DNA of 63,706 nt, filler included, from Octopus bimaculoides (lineage: Eukaryota): NCBI RefSeq assembly GCF_001194135.2. It is 7 parts of 7 records of this genome, joined end to end, with 100 filler letters (N's around TTAATTAATTAA, not from the genome) between each part and the next. Parts side by side here need not be neighbours in the genome. Positions count along the whole stretch, not along the records: positions 1 to 13,218 come from NC_068987.1; 6 more parts are not named here. One strand, written 5' to 3'. Shown one piece after another: positions 1-11,344 of this stretch. The translations under genes were made by a program, and so were the position numbers. The notes below the pieces were generated by a model, which was not told where the DNA came from, searched no databases, and saw only the letters and a list, made by a program, of their open reading frames with translations. Position 1 is the stretch's first letter; each line of letters opens with the position of its first letter.

Positions 1-60
1 AGCAAATAATACAATGTGCCTGTAGGTTATAACACCTGGGCAATGCTGGGAGGTATTGCT

Positions 61-118
<58 letters not shown>

Positions 119-180
119 TTAGCAATGCCTCCCAGCATTGCCCAGGTGTTATAACCTACAGGCACATTGTATTATTTGCT
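1..180. repeat. Near-perfect foldback inverted repeat (61-bp arms, self-complementary microsatellite centre)
   Basis: 1-61 is the reverse complement of 120-180 with one mismatch (position 54). The spacer is a (GT)n(AT)n(CA)n run that is itself palindromic. Confidence 0.95.
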
Positions 181-1579
181 CCTTTCTTATGAGCAGCATC
201 AGCACCACTGATATATAGTTAATGGCATAATGGAAGATATTGTTTCCTGAAAAGTGAAGGGGAGGGTACAATTTGCATGGGTTTGCATGAAAGTGCTTTC
301 TGTTCTTAAGAAGGATCACAATCTATGTATTCTTTCATCGTATAAAGCGGGGTTAATACGATTTTGTCCAGAAATTACGTTTTCAAAATTTTAATTTCTC
401 CACCATCCTCACCACAATTTTTTAATTTGTAACTTTTTTAAAACTTTTTTTTTTGTTATCTATGTAGGAAAATAGAGATTACGAATCTGGGAAATATATG
501 TATATCTTTAGTTTTTGTTAAAGAAACACTCAATGACCCTTCCCCCACCTTGCTCACCCATCACCTACTCGCTTTCACTTTTGTCTGATGTTTCCCACAT
601 GCATAGAATTCTACTGAAATAGCAAACTTAAAAAATACCAGACCAGCACCAGAAAATCTGACATGCTAGAAACAACAGGTAAACAACATTATTTCTGAAG
701 AAACTTCCCAGCTTTCTAAAAGGCTGAAAGTGAAACATTGGAAGTGTGTAGCTTTTTGAAAGTGTTGAGGTGATGGGTAAAATTCTTAAAGATTCATACT
801 CTCTGTTTTTGTCAATGTATTACCAAGAAAAAGTATTTGAAAAAAGTAGAAAATTAATTTGGTGTGGAGAGGGAGAAAATTAAAATATTAAGAACGTGTT
901 TTGTGGCTGAAATCCTAATGTCTTGTATCGCAATCATAGGAATTTGAAGATATTTCTCTATATGTTATGATGAAATACAGTCACTCTCTCTCTCTCACAC
1001 ACAAAAACGATGTATGCATATGTATTTGTGGGCGAAGGTAAAGAATATGCACACCCGGTGTTTAGGATTAGGGTTATGCCCAAAACGGGTGGTGTATGTA
1101 TTCTTTGCCTCCACCTATTTATGTATATGTATATGAAAGATATGTGTGTGTGAGAGAAAGAGAGAGTGAATGACACACATACATGCAAAAAATTCATATC
1201 ACAACACACACCTTCACTCACTCACTCATTCTCTCTCTCTCTCACACACACACATGTCCATTTCACATATACGTACATTTTTCACTTTATCCTCTCTTTC
1301 AATTTCTGCTCTCTTCAAAGCATAAAGAAATTAAACTAATTTTACAGAAATTAATGAACAATCTTATGATCCCATATATGTCAAGTTGACAACTTTGCTT
1401 CTTCCAACGAAAAAATGCCATAAAATAACTTCCTTTGATACCCACACATACACACTTTAGGTAAAACTGCTGTGCGAATTATGTTATTTCTTTGCAGTGT
1501 GCATGAGCAAATTTAAAGCTCAAATCCAATTGAAATGAGCTTTTTCTATTTTGCAATTTGTGTTTGTGATGAGCATATT

Positions 1580-2330
1580 TAAAAACCTGATCTATGTTGC
1601 CAACATAGGTAAGAGCTCCTTGAATTTTCTCCCTCCTTTTCTTATTTCAGCAACAATACTTTCTGAACATCTTCCTCCACTTAGGTAACAGAAGTTATCA
1701 ACTGCCTCTAGGGAACCTCCCAGGCATTCGAGATAATCTATTTCCTATGTATTTTTACACCTTTGCTACGTATCAAGTAAGGCCATTCACATGAAGGGAG
1801 TAGACTCTTGTTTGTTTTCCAAGTTACTATAACTTTGATCTTTGCTAAGTTAACTTTAAGGCCTTTGATTCCAGGTTTTGCTTCCTCACCTGGAATTTCT
1901 TTTCTAATTCTCTTACAGATTCTTCTATGAGAATGATGTCATCAGTATATAGTAGCTATAGCAGTTCCAAAGGGAAGCCAGTCTTAAATTCCGCTGTTAT
2001 GGCTTAGATGACAATGGTAAATAGAAGGGTACCGAGAACTGAGCCTTGGAGAATTCTCACCTGTACTCTAAATTCATTGCTGTACTCATAGCTCACTTGC
2101 ACCTTACTGGTAGTATCCCAATACATGGCTTGTACAGCTTTCACAAGCCATTCATCTATCTCTAGCTAGATACGTTGTTAAAGGTTTTCTCCAGGTCAAC
2201 AAATGCCAACTACAATGGCATATTCTTAGCTAAATATTTCTGCAGTTTCTTGACTATGAAAAAGGCATAACTGATGGTAACATTCTAGGTGATAATATAT
2301 ATTGTGTGTGCATGAGAGAGAGAGAGAGAG
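1580..2330 (-). mobile_element. Decayed RTE-clade LINE reverse-transcriptase fragment
   Basis: Minus-strand translation around 1925-2060 gives ILQGSVLGTLLFTIV...FKTGFPLELL...YTDDIILIEES, resembling the RT QGSVLSP and YADD motifs, with stops and frameshifts. Confidence 0.6.
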
Positions 2331-3108
2331 ATTTTCATAATCTTTCTCTATATTTTGGTGTACAAGAAACCTTGGTGAAGAGAAATAGATGTCACACATG
2401 ACATCAGAAACATGTATTGTAATAAATTGGCATTTAAGGCCCCACATCTATTTAATTATCTTCCAAAAAGGCTATGAGAGTCCACGCGAGTAAAATAGGA
2501 ATCAAAAGGGTCCATAGGTAAAAAATGGTTGAAAGCCACTGTTATAGACCATGTTATGCTATATTGAAGTCTATCTTCTTTTAGACCAGGTTGGAAGAAC
2601 TTGTTTAAAAAGCCACCTGATGCAAGATAATTAACTGCACATCTCACCTATGAGCTACAGGTGTGAGAATGACTCAAGAAAACTGTAGTGGTTTTGAATA
2701 AAGAATCATTTTATGTCTTTAATCTATTTGATATGATAAAACTTCATCATATCTAATCATTCATATAATTCACTGAGCTTTCAGTCATATATGACTTAAG
2801 AAATCCATCGAACATTTGAACTTGTATTACTGACTATAATGTGAAACTTATTGAATAATGGAATTTGCATGAACATTTTATCTTGAACATTCAATCTCTC
2901 CTAAACTTTTTTTGTTTTTATTTACCTGTGAAAAACCAAAAAAAATTGCCAAGATCTGTTACAAAATTTTAAAGCAACCACACATTCTAAGACTCAAATG
3001 CATTTTCAACCCCCAAAACAAACCCAAATACAAACACACACACACACATATATATATACACACACACACATATATATATATACATACACACACACACATA
3101 TATATGTG

Positions 3109-3149
<41 letters not shown>

Positions 3150-3177
3150 GTGTGTGTGTGTGTATAAATATATATAT

Positions 3178-3320
3178 CATCATCATTTAACATCTGCCTT
3201 CCATACTGGGATGGCTTGGATGGTTTGACAGGAGCCAGCCAGGTAGAAGACTACACAAGTCTTCTGTCTGTTTTGGCATGGGTTTTACAGCTAGATGCCC
3301 TTTCTAACACCAACCACCCA
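3178..3320 (-). mobile_element. 3' end remnant of an RTE-related LINE/SINE
   Basis: CATCATCATTTAACATCTGCCTTCCAT...GATGCCC matches the element end seen at 8855 and, more diverged, at about 6030. Confidence 0.6.
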
Positions 3321-4199
3321 GCAGATTTTACATATCAGTATCTATCTATCTTTCCATGTATAAATATATACATACACATTGCACACTCTCTTAGCCCCAT
3401 ACACTACACAGCTACAAAGGAGATTCTAAGTGGCCAGTGGGTCTGCTAAAAGTAGCAGCTAAGTTGCTTTTGAATCAAACCCTACAGAATTAAACAATTA
3501 AAATAACATATGAGATAATGTAGTCCTTCATACCTTTAAAAAGATGGATATGTATTTGAACATTTGATCCCTTGATCATTATGTGTGTTTGAAGTAACTT
3601 TGCTTTCTTTGTCTTCCAATTTTCATCAGAAATAGTTTTTTCTATTTACAGCACAATCATAACTTTTCTTACACAGAGTGTTTAGGGTCACATTAGGGTC
3701 CAATATATCGCTTCTGATTAAACTTAATATTTCAATTTCTTTCAAAATTTAAAATATATTATGAGTTTTATTTAAGTTTTTCTTTTAAGTCGCTTCATGT
3801 CCAAACACCATAAAGCATTTTCATAACTTCTTTTCTTTTCAATATGGCTATTCTATGGTTCAGTCTCCCTTACTCTGAACTACTTTGAGTTTATGTGTAC
3901 ACACACTAGTTATAAGTTCAAACCAGCCAGATCTGTCCTCTCACACCTACCCTAGAATGTTATTCTAAAAATAAACAATCACATAAAAATCTCAACCAAT
4001 TCAAAATAATGTAAGCAAATAAGCATTACATTTGACAGAGTTATCTATATGTTACGACGAGTTACGAGAATATAAAGGCTTTGTTTGTGCTGTTCATCAG
4101 TAATAATGATTCCATATTATATCACGTATTTTTATCCAAAATTATAGGGAAGATAACTTAGCAAAGTTAAGAGTACATAATAGCCATGAGCAGACATTG

Positions 4200-4620
4200 A
4201 AGATTGTAGGGAATCTAATAGTTTTGTGCTGTTCAGGAGTATTGCTGATTCAGTATTGTTGTTCAGACTGAGTACCTGCAATATAGTATTGCTAAGCAAG
4301 ATTATGATTTCAAGTCATTAGAAGCATAGGATGATTTAAGATTTCTAACCATGGAATATAAGCTAATCTGTGGGCAAGAGGTGAAGTAATATCTAGATAA
4401 GTTAGATGAAGAAAGTTAGGGTAGAGTGTAAGGTGATGACATCTCAGGGTGTAATTAGAAGTTAAATTAGGAAGAAATGAGGATACTATAGGAGAGATAA
4501 TTGAGCCTTGAAGTACATCCCAGTTTTTTGAGTGAAGAACAGCCTAACAGGCACATTTCAATCCAGGTGAGATAAAGAAGTTCAGATATCTCCCACACAG
4601 ATAAAGGCTTTACTAAAGAG
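4200..4620 (-). mobile_element. Highly decayed LINE RT remnant (CR1/L2/Jockey-like)
   Basis: Minus strand near 4480-4535 reads DVLQGSIISPI, resembling RT GVPQGSIISP. No open frame remains. Confidence 0.4.
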
Positions 4621-4703
4621 TAGCTGTACTTCTACTGGAAACTAACTATGCTTCTATACTGAGTTAGAATTAAAAGTTAATTTATAAATAAAAATATAAC
4701 AAC

Positions 4704-4709
4704 TTTATT
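4704..4709 (-). terminator. Candidate polyadenylation signal AATAAA directly after the stop codon of the transposase-derived gene
   Basis: Minus strand reads GTT TAA AATAAA GTTG (stop 4712-4710, AATAAA 4709-4704). Confidence 0.45.
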
Positions 4710-4996
4710 TTAAACTTTATACAAATGTTTGATACAGTAAATTAGAGCGGCAAATTTATCATTATTTGTAAAGTGAGACCTCCACATAAATTCTGTTAAA
4801 AATGATTGAAATAAGAATGTCTTATGCTTTCTTTGAAAATGTTTTTTTACTCTCTGCCACATTCTGTCTATATTTCTGGTGTGGATTTCTGTATCTTCTG
4901 GATCATTGTAATCTACATATTCATGAGTATATATACCTTGTTGGATCTGGTCAATTTGAAGAGGTTCAGTCCAAATATCAGACACAATATGGGTAC
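4710..4996 (-). CDS. Coding exon 2 (C-terminal 95 aa) of a Merlin/IS1595 (ISXO2-like) transposase-derived protein
   Basis: Acceptor TTCTTTTTCTTATAG|GTACCCAT (AG at 4998-4997). Reads (G)THIVSDIWTE...YTHEYV...IHTRNIDRMW...FLTEFMWR...ALIYCIKHLYKV*, matching the ISXO2-type SDxW, HTxNIExxW and YLxEFxWR motifs. Confidence 0.88.
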
Positions 4997-6899
4997 CTAT
5001 AAGAAAAAGAACTGCAATGTATCTTTATAATCATAGATTATAAGGTTACAATAATGAGACTGTGATCTATTTTCTTAGAGCACAAAAATGACAAACTGAT
5101 GATGAAGATTCAAATCTTGGTCATGAATTCTGCTTGTTAAACACTAACCACTTCACAAAAAATGGGTAAAAAAATATTAAAATATGTATGACTAAAATGA
5201 AGTGTTTATAAATGTGAGTATAGCAAACTGGTTCAATATTTTAAAAAGGGTGTTGTATAGCCAATCAGACTTCATTTTAACCATTTCTCTTAAACTGGCT
5301 GTCATTCATTCTATTTGTTGTCTCTTCAAGACCTCAATTAGAATAGTTAAATTTAGGGCATTCTATACAAGGAATTAGATGTCTATTTTTAATTTATAAG
5401 TACTAATGCTTAGACAATGCTGTGATATGATTGCATAAGAGTGATATTTGACTCTGTAAAAGTTTGTTGTATTATGTCATGTTCAATATTTAATAAAATG
5501 TTGTTTCATGAATCTATTCTCAAAAGTGTTCCAGATGTGACCATCATGTTCTTTTGTAAATCAGTGTACTATGGATTATTTTTTAAACAGTGAGTTGTGA
5601 TATGATAGACATTAGGTTGTTATTTCTTGCAGGTCAAATGACCATATAGGAATTCTCTCTTTGTCACATCTTATAAACTAGTTCAAATGCAGGTGAAAAA
5701 AAAAAAATGGGATTATCAGAGCTGGAATACCATTAATTACATGTCTGCTTCAACAGATGTAACCGGGAGCTAAACAACAACCTGACTTTGCATTTACTGC
5801 ATTTGTTGTTGCCATTCATTTTCAACTAACAATTCTTTCAGAATGATTGAAGTCATGTTATTATGAGATGATAATATAATATTAACATCTTGTTAATAAT
5901 AAGACATAAATCCCTTACTTGAAAACAGGTAAGTGTTAGCTGCAGAAAGGGCATCCCACAATAAAACATTCAATACGTAACTGTCAACCCAAGCTAGCAT
6001 GGAAAAATGGGTGTAAAATGATTGAACCATCATCATCATTTAATGTCCATTTTCCATGCTGCCAATGGTTTGGACAATTTAACAGAATCCAATGAGCTGC
6101 AGGGCTGCATCAAGCTCCAATGTCAGTTCTAGTATGATTTCTATAGCTTGATGCCCTTCTTAATGCCAATGACTTTACAAAGTGTACTAGGTGCTTTTTC
6201 CATGGTGCTGGCACTAATGAGGTCACCAAGTAACTTACAAGACAAAGAAAAAAGAAAGAGATGCCTCAAATGAGTGAGAATGTATTTGAGAGAGAAGGAG
6301 GTGGCTTTATGCCAAGTATTGAAAGGCTAAAATATCATAGAGGGACAAGCACAGGTGTCTCACTAGAGATGGGGGTAAAGATGGTGGTGATGAGGTGCCA
6401 GAGCATATTTTCAAGCCACAAGAAGGTGAGAACAGGAGAGAATACAGATTAAAGTATACTACAAAAATGAATTCTTCAAAAAGGAATAACTGAATAATGG
6501 TAGGCTCTGTTCTAAAACACATACACATGTACAAACAACATAAAGCAAAAACAAATTTCATTACTAGGTATCTGAAAATATAATTTTTCTGATAAGATTA
6601 TCTAAAGATAACTTCAGGTTGAGAGCCATTCTTGTGAGTAGGTAGACTGATTCTGTCACATGGTTTAACACAAACACCCAGTCCATAGGTACCGTTAGTA
6701 GATTCCACCATTTTGGACATTTGGGCCAGGACATCAGATTGAGGATGGTGAAAGGAACTTATTCCATTCCTCTTACCAAACTCAAACAGTCTATAAAAAG
6801 TTTAAGGCACAACTCTTACTCCTGTGACTAAGCCATAAAAGAATAAAATGAATAAACATACCTAACAATTAATCTACTGTTGCATGCAAGTTGTATATG

Positions 6900-7365
6900 T
6901 ATGATATGAATGTGTGATTAAGAAGTTCAGTTCCCAACTGTACAGTTTCAACCTCAGACCCACTGTGTGACACCTTGAGCAAGTGTCTTCTACCATCGTC
7001 CCAGGCTGATCAAAGCTTGGGACCGTAGAAGACGAAAACTGAAAGAAGGCCTTCACATATATGTATTTGAGTATGTGTGTGTGTTTGAGTTGGTTATGTC
7101 GCCCTGTTTTTAAAATCATGCAATAGTTGTAAATGAGTATATCTGTCATACAAGTGATGCTGTTCATTTCCAGTCTTCTGTAAAAAGAAAACAAAAAATA
7201 AAACATGCCTGGCCATGGGAAATATCACCTTCCTTGGAAACATCTGAGGGTTGGCAACGAGTAAGGCATCCAGCTGTAGAAAAAAAAAAATTACCTCAAC
7301 AAATTCCAGGCAAATATGGAAGAGTAGATGTCAATATGAAAACACAAATGATGAACTCCATCGAG
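6900..7365 (+). mobile_element. Diverged SINE, family A-related head with an RTE-like tail
   Basis: Contains the CACCTTGAGCAAGTGTCTTCTAC core shared with other copies and ends with GGCATCCAGCTGTAGAAA...ATGATGA. Confidence 0.6.
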
Positions 7366-7839
7366 CTGAGATATATAGTCTTAAAAATCATATTAACAAA
7401 CCTCTCAGATGTTAAGACATTTGATTAGCTGTAGCTGTCTGGTGCTCATTGGAAACAATTTTGGTTAGCAAAACAACCTTTGTTTTAAAAGCACTATTTC
7501 AAAAACATCTGGGTAATAATTTACCTTTTATTCTAAACAATCTGGTTTCAGAAATGTCTGCTTTCTTTTTCTTGCAGACATGTCACAAAAATGTGTATTC
7601 CAGATGAAACTGTATTTTTTGACATCTAATTAGAATAACTTATAAATGAAGTAAAGACTACATTACTTTAGCTAATGTTATTTTAATGCTTTTAACAGGT
7701 AAGGAACAGAGGGTGTTTCTGTTTCATTGGACCTCCCCAGTGAAGCATAGACATGTCTTTATACATTTATTAATGACCGATGACAATATTAAAAAAACAG
7801 AAACATATATGATTCACAAAAAAATTTTTCTAAATATAA

Positions 7840-7995
7840 ATACATGGCTGTATGGAAAGAAGTTTGCAACCCAATCACATGGTTCCATTTTCAGTTTCAC
7901 TGCATAGCACCTTGGGTAACTGTCATCTACTATAGCGTTGGGCCTACCAAAGACTTGTGAGTGGATTTGGCAAACGGAAACTGAAAAAAGCCCAT
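7840..7995 (+). mobile_element. SINE family A 5' fragment
   Basis: CATGGCTGTATGG...CACCTTGGGTAACTGTC...GTGAGTGGATTTGG...GGAAACTGAAA matches the copies at 26558 and 28335. Confidence 0.7.
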
Positions 7996-8854
7996 GTATC
8001 CAGGGATATCTATTTCCTCATTCTACGACTGCCTGCCAAGATGGTATGTTAATTTCTTTGCTCGTAGCCCAATTTCTGTTGTGCTTGTTATTTTTCCAGT
8101 GATTAGTGGTTTTCTTAGAGGATTTTATGACTCTGATTTTCATAACATTGCAGGCACCGAATATGCCCTATTATAATTATATAATTTTGGATTTGCCATT
8201 TATTAGCTTTTGCTTGTTGGCCACCTATGTTATTGTTGTTATTCATTTTACCAATGATAATAATTAATACTAATATCTATATAAATATTTTTGAATGTTT
8301 ATTCATTATATATATATATATATATACATATATATATAATCTGAGGCAACTCCAGGTCATTAGTGTCACTCAGGCTCATCACAGATTTCACATAAAACGC
8401 CTGTATAAAAGAAGGTAAGAGACACAATGCACACCACATACTTCTAAGTGCACTGATAATTTAACAATAAGACAGAAATGTAGTTGAAAACATTGAATTT
8501 GAATTATTTTTAATTTTTACGATCATAGATAACAACTCAGGCTGTAACATCTGAGCCCAAGTCAGGAGCGTGTGAACGATGTCAAGAGAATGTCTGCTAT
8601 GAATGATATCTTTTGACACAGGACACCTCTAAGACGACCACCAGACACCGAATGAAAATAAATGAAACACAACCAGGCTCAATAAAAGGAACCCGAGTTA
8701 TTGGCTGTAATTACATACTTGGAGTCAGTGTTGGCAGAAATTAAATCAGCTTGCAAATACACGTTCACTTTACAAAATTTATACTTGGGCTAAACCTGAA
8801 CAGCTTGAGTGCCAGAGTCGCTACTGATATATATATACACACACACACACACAC

Positions 8855-9246
8855 ATCATCATCATCGTTTAACGTCCGCTTTCCATGTTTGCATCGGTTG
8901 GACGATTTGACTGAGGACTGGTGAAACCAGATGGCTACACCAGGCTCCAATCTGATTTGGCAGAGTTTCTACGGCTGGATGCCCTTCCTAACGCCAACCA
9001 CTCAGAGAGTGTAGTGGGTGCTTTTACGTGTCACCCGCACGAAGGCCAGTCAGGCGGTACTGGCAACGGCCACGCTCAAGATGGTGTATTTTATGTGCCA
9101 CCTGCACAAGAGCCAGTCTAGGGGCACTGGCAACGATCTCGCTCAAAAATCCTACGAAGGCCAGTCAGGTGGTACTGGCAACGGCCACGCTCAAAATGGT
9201 GTATTTTATGTGCCACCCGCACAAGAGCCAGTCCAGGGACACTGGC
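8855..9246 (-). mobile_element. 3' UTR of an RTE-clade LINE with an internal ~115-bp tandem duplication
   Basis: Begins CATCATCATCGTTTAACGTCCG. It is similar, in reverse complement, to the 3' UTR following the RTE ORF near 40140-40212. Direct repeat 9039-9131 / 9154-9246. Confidence 0.7.
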
Positions 9247-9251
9247 CAGTC

Positions 9252-9286
<35 letters not shown>

Positions 9287-9288
<2 letters not shown>

Positions 9289-10119
9289 GCAGGCTGTTGT
9301 GAATGGATTGTCATCTAAATTACGCAAAAATGAAAATAACACTGACATCTCATTTGTTTACCAAAATTATATAGAGATATTTTTAAATACTAAAGAGTAA
9401 ATTTATTCAGTAAAATTGCTTCCAGGCAACCTCTGAATCTCCAGCAACTCTTCTGAACAGTCTCCTTGTTTAAGTTGTTGAATGCTGGCATAGTCCTTGC
9501 TGCCTTTAGTTCATCTTTGGTGCTACAAGGAGTTTTGTTGATCTCTTGCTCAACACACATAATAATCAAGGGGGCTGCAGTATGGGGAGTTAGGTGAGCA
9601 GAGGTTACAGGTGATGTGGTCGCAGAAATTGCCTGACAGCCATGACTGGATTCTCCTGCTTGTGTGGCATAGTGCAGAGTCCTGTTGCTAGACAAAGGGT
9701 CCTCCAGCAGCCACCCTCTTGACCCATGGCGGCACTACCTCCTCCAGACACTTGATGTAGGCCTCTATGTTGAATCTGAAGTCATGTGGGAAGATGGAGT
9801 CATAACGTCACCACCACTAGCGATCACTCCAAACACCATGATGTTGACTGGACGTTTGATTTTTATCACTTTCATTACATGTCCTCAGATTGACACCCAA
9901 ACACTCTGAAATGTTCATATTGGAGCTTCTGGTGCGAATGCCAAATAGTACAGTATGTCGTTTCCAAGTTTCTAGCAGAGTGAATTGTGTCATGGTGCTG
10001 TTTTTCTCACAGACGGTGCCCAACTGACCCTACTATATACTGTGTAGTCGCCAAAATCAAAAACAATGCACGAAATTAAAAATACAAAAATGGCAACAAT
10101 TTGCACATCCCACCCTGTA
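9287..10119 (-). mobile_element. Internally deleted Tc1/mariner-superfamily DNA transposon
   Basis: Left end TA|CAGGGTGGGATGTGCAAATTG at 10119. The ORF remnant ...VEQEINKTPCSTKDELKA...LNKETVQKSCWRFRGCLEA resembles a Tc1/mariner C-terminus after a degenerate WPPxSPDxNP motif. Confidence 0.65.
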
Positions 10120-10372
10120 TATGTGTGTGTGTGTGTGTCCCACCACCGTTTGATAACCAGTGTTGATGTGTTTATGTTTCTGTAACTTAGAGGTTCGACA
10201 AAAGATATCGACAGAATAAGTATAAGGCTTTAAAAAAAAAAGTTCTGGAGTCGATTCATTCGACAAAACATTCTTCAAGGCAGTGTTCCAGTAACTATTG
10301 ATAGAAGGTTAATTTCTTCAATTTCTTTGAAATGTGATTTTGCTATTTTGGATTCCTCACAAGACATAAGTG

Positions 10373-10750
10373 CAGGCATGGCTGTGTGGCTAAGAAACTC
10401 ATTGCAATCACATGGTTTCGAGTTCAGTATCACTGCACAGTACTTTGGACAAACATTTTCAATTATAGCCTTGGACAGACCACTGCCCTGTGAGTGAATC
10501 TGGTGGACAAAAACTGTATGTAAGCTAGTCATATATGTGTGTTTGTTTCTCCACCAAGCCGCTTGACAACTGTGTTGGTTTATTTACGTCCTCTTAACTT
10601 AACTGGTCGGCGAAAAGAGACCTATAGAATCAGTACTAGATTATAAAAAAAAAAAACGATGTACTGGGTCGATTTGTTCGACTAAACTCTTCAAAGAAGT
10701 GCCCCAGTACGGCCGCAGTCCAATGAATGAAACAAGTAAAAGATAAAAAA
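10373..10750 (+). mobile_element. SINE family A, diverged full-length copy
   Basis: Head GCAGGCATGGCTGTGTGG and tail GGCCGCAGTCCAATGAATGAAACAAGTAAAAGATAAAA, collinear with the 26558 copy. Confidence 0.75.
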
Positions 10751-11344
10751 ACTGACACTTCAAGTTGAAATGTCCGGTTAATTTCCTCTGTTATGGAGCT
10801 GCTATCGACCGAAGCTAAGAGTATATTTCTTTCTTTATTAGCTAACATATCGCTGGTAGAAAGATCCTCCACAAGTGCTTATTATTGTTTCGACTACAGT
10901 AAATATAATTTAAAATTTGGTAATAAACGAAACATTCAGTCGCAACTCTGTCAGTGATTTCTGACAACTGAGAGCGAGGGGCATATTAAGAAATGTCACT
11001 AAAAGCCAAAATGGAATAAATAAATAAATAAACAAGTGAGAAAATAGGTTGTCTCAAGTCCCCTGGTGGGCGGGGCTGTGAGGATGGAAAAGCGTGTGAA
11101 CAAATCGTCATGTTTAATACAATTATGTTATTTCTACTGTACGTTTAGCGTTTTGAATCTGCCCAACAACAGAGCGAAGTAAATAAATTTTATTGTTTCA
11201 AACACTATTCTGTCTTAGTTAATTAATAGAAAATGGGGGGGGGGGTGATTTCACAGATATTTTGAAGGAGTCTGGTAAGCACCTGTTGAAATATCATGAA
11301 GGCAGCAAAGATAAAAGAAAACCGCAGATTATATCTATCCATAC

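Larger units (their letters stand above)
4997..11344 (-). other. 6348-nt phase-1 GT-AG intron of the transposase-derived gene
   Basis: Donor CCAG|GTATGG at 11345/11344 and acceptor TATAG|G at 4997/4996. Splicing restores the family motif WILPG-THIVSD exactly in frame. Confidence 0.85.

Noticed and set aside
2490-2542. Possible hAT/Charlie-type terminus (minus strand CAGTGGCTTTCAACC)
   Set aside because: Only one end is visible, with no partner TIR or TSD, so it is too weak to annotate.
2912-3228. HT/YI/CV/SL-repeat ORFs here and throughout (for example 45809-46276, 48518-48985, 57675-58152)
   Set aside because: They are translations of dinucleotide and tetranucleotide microsatellites.
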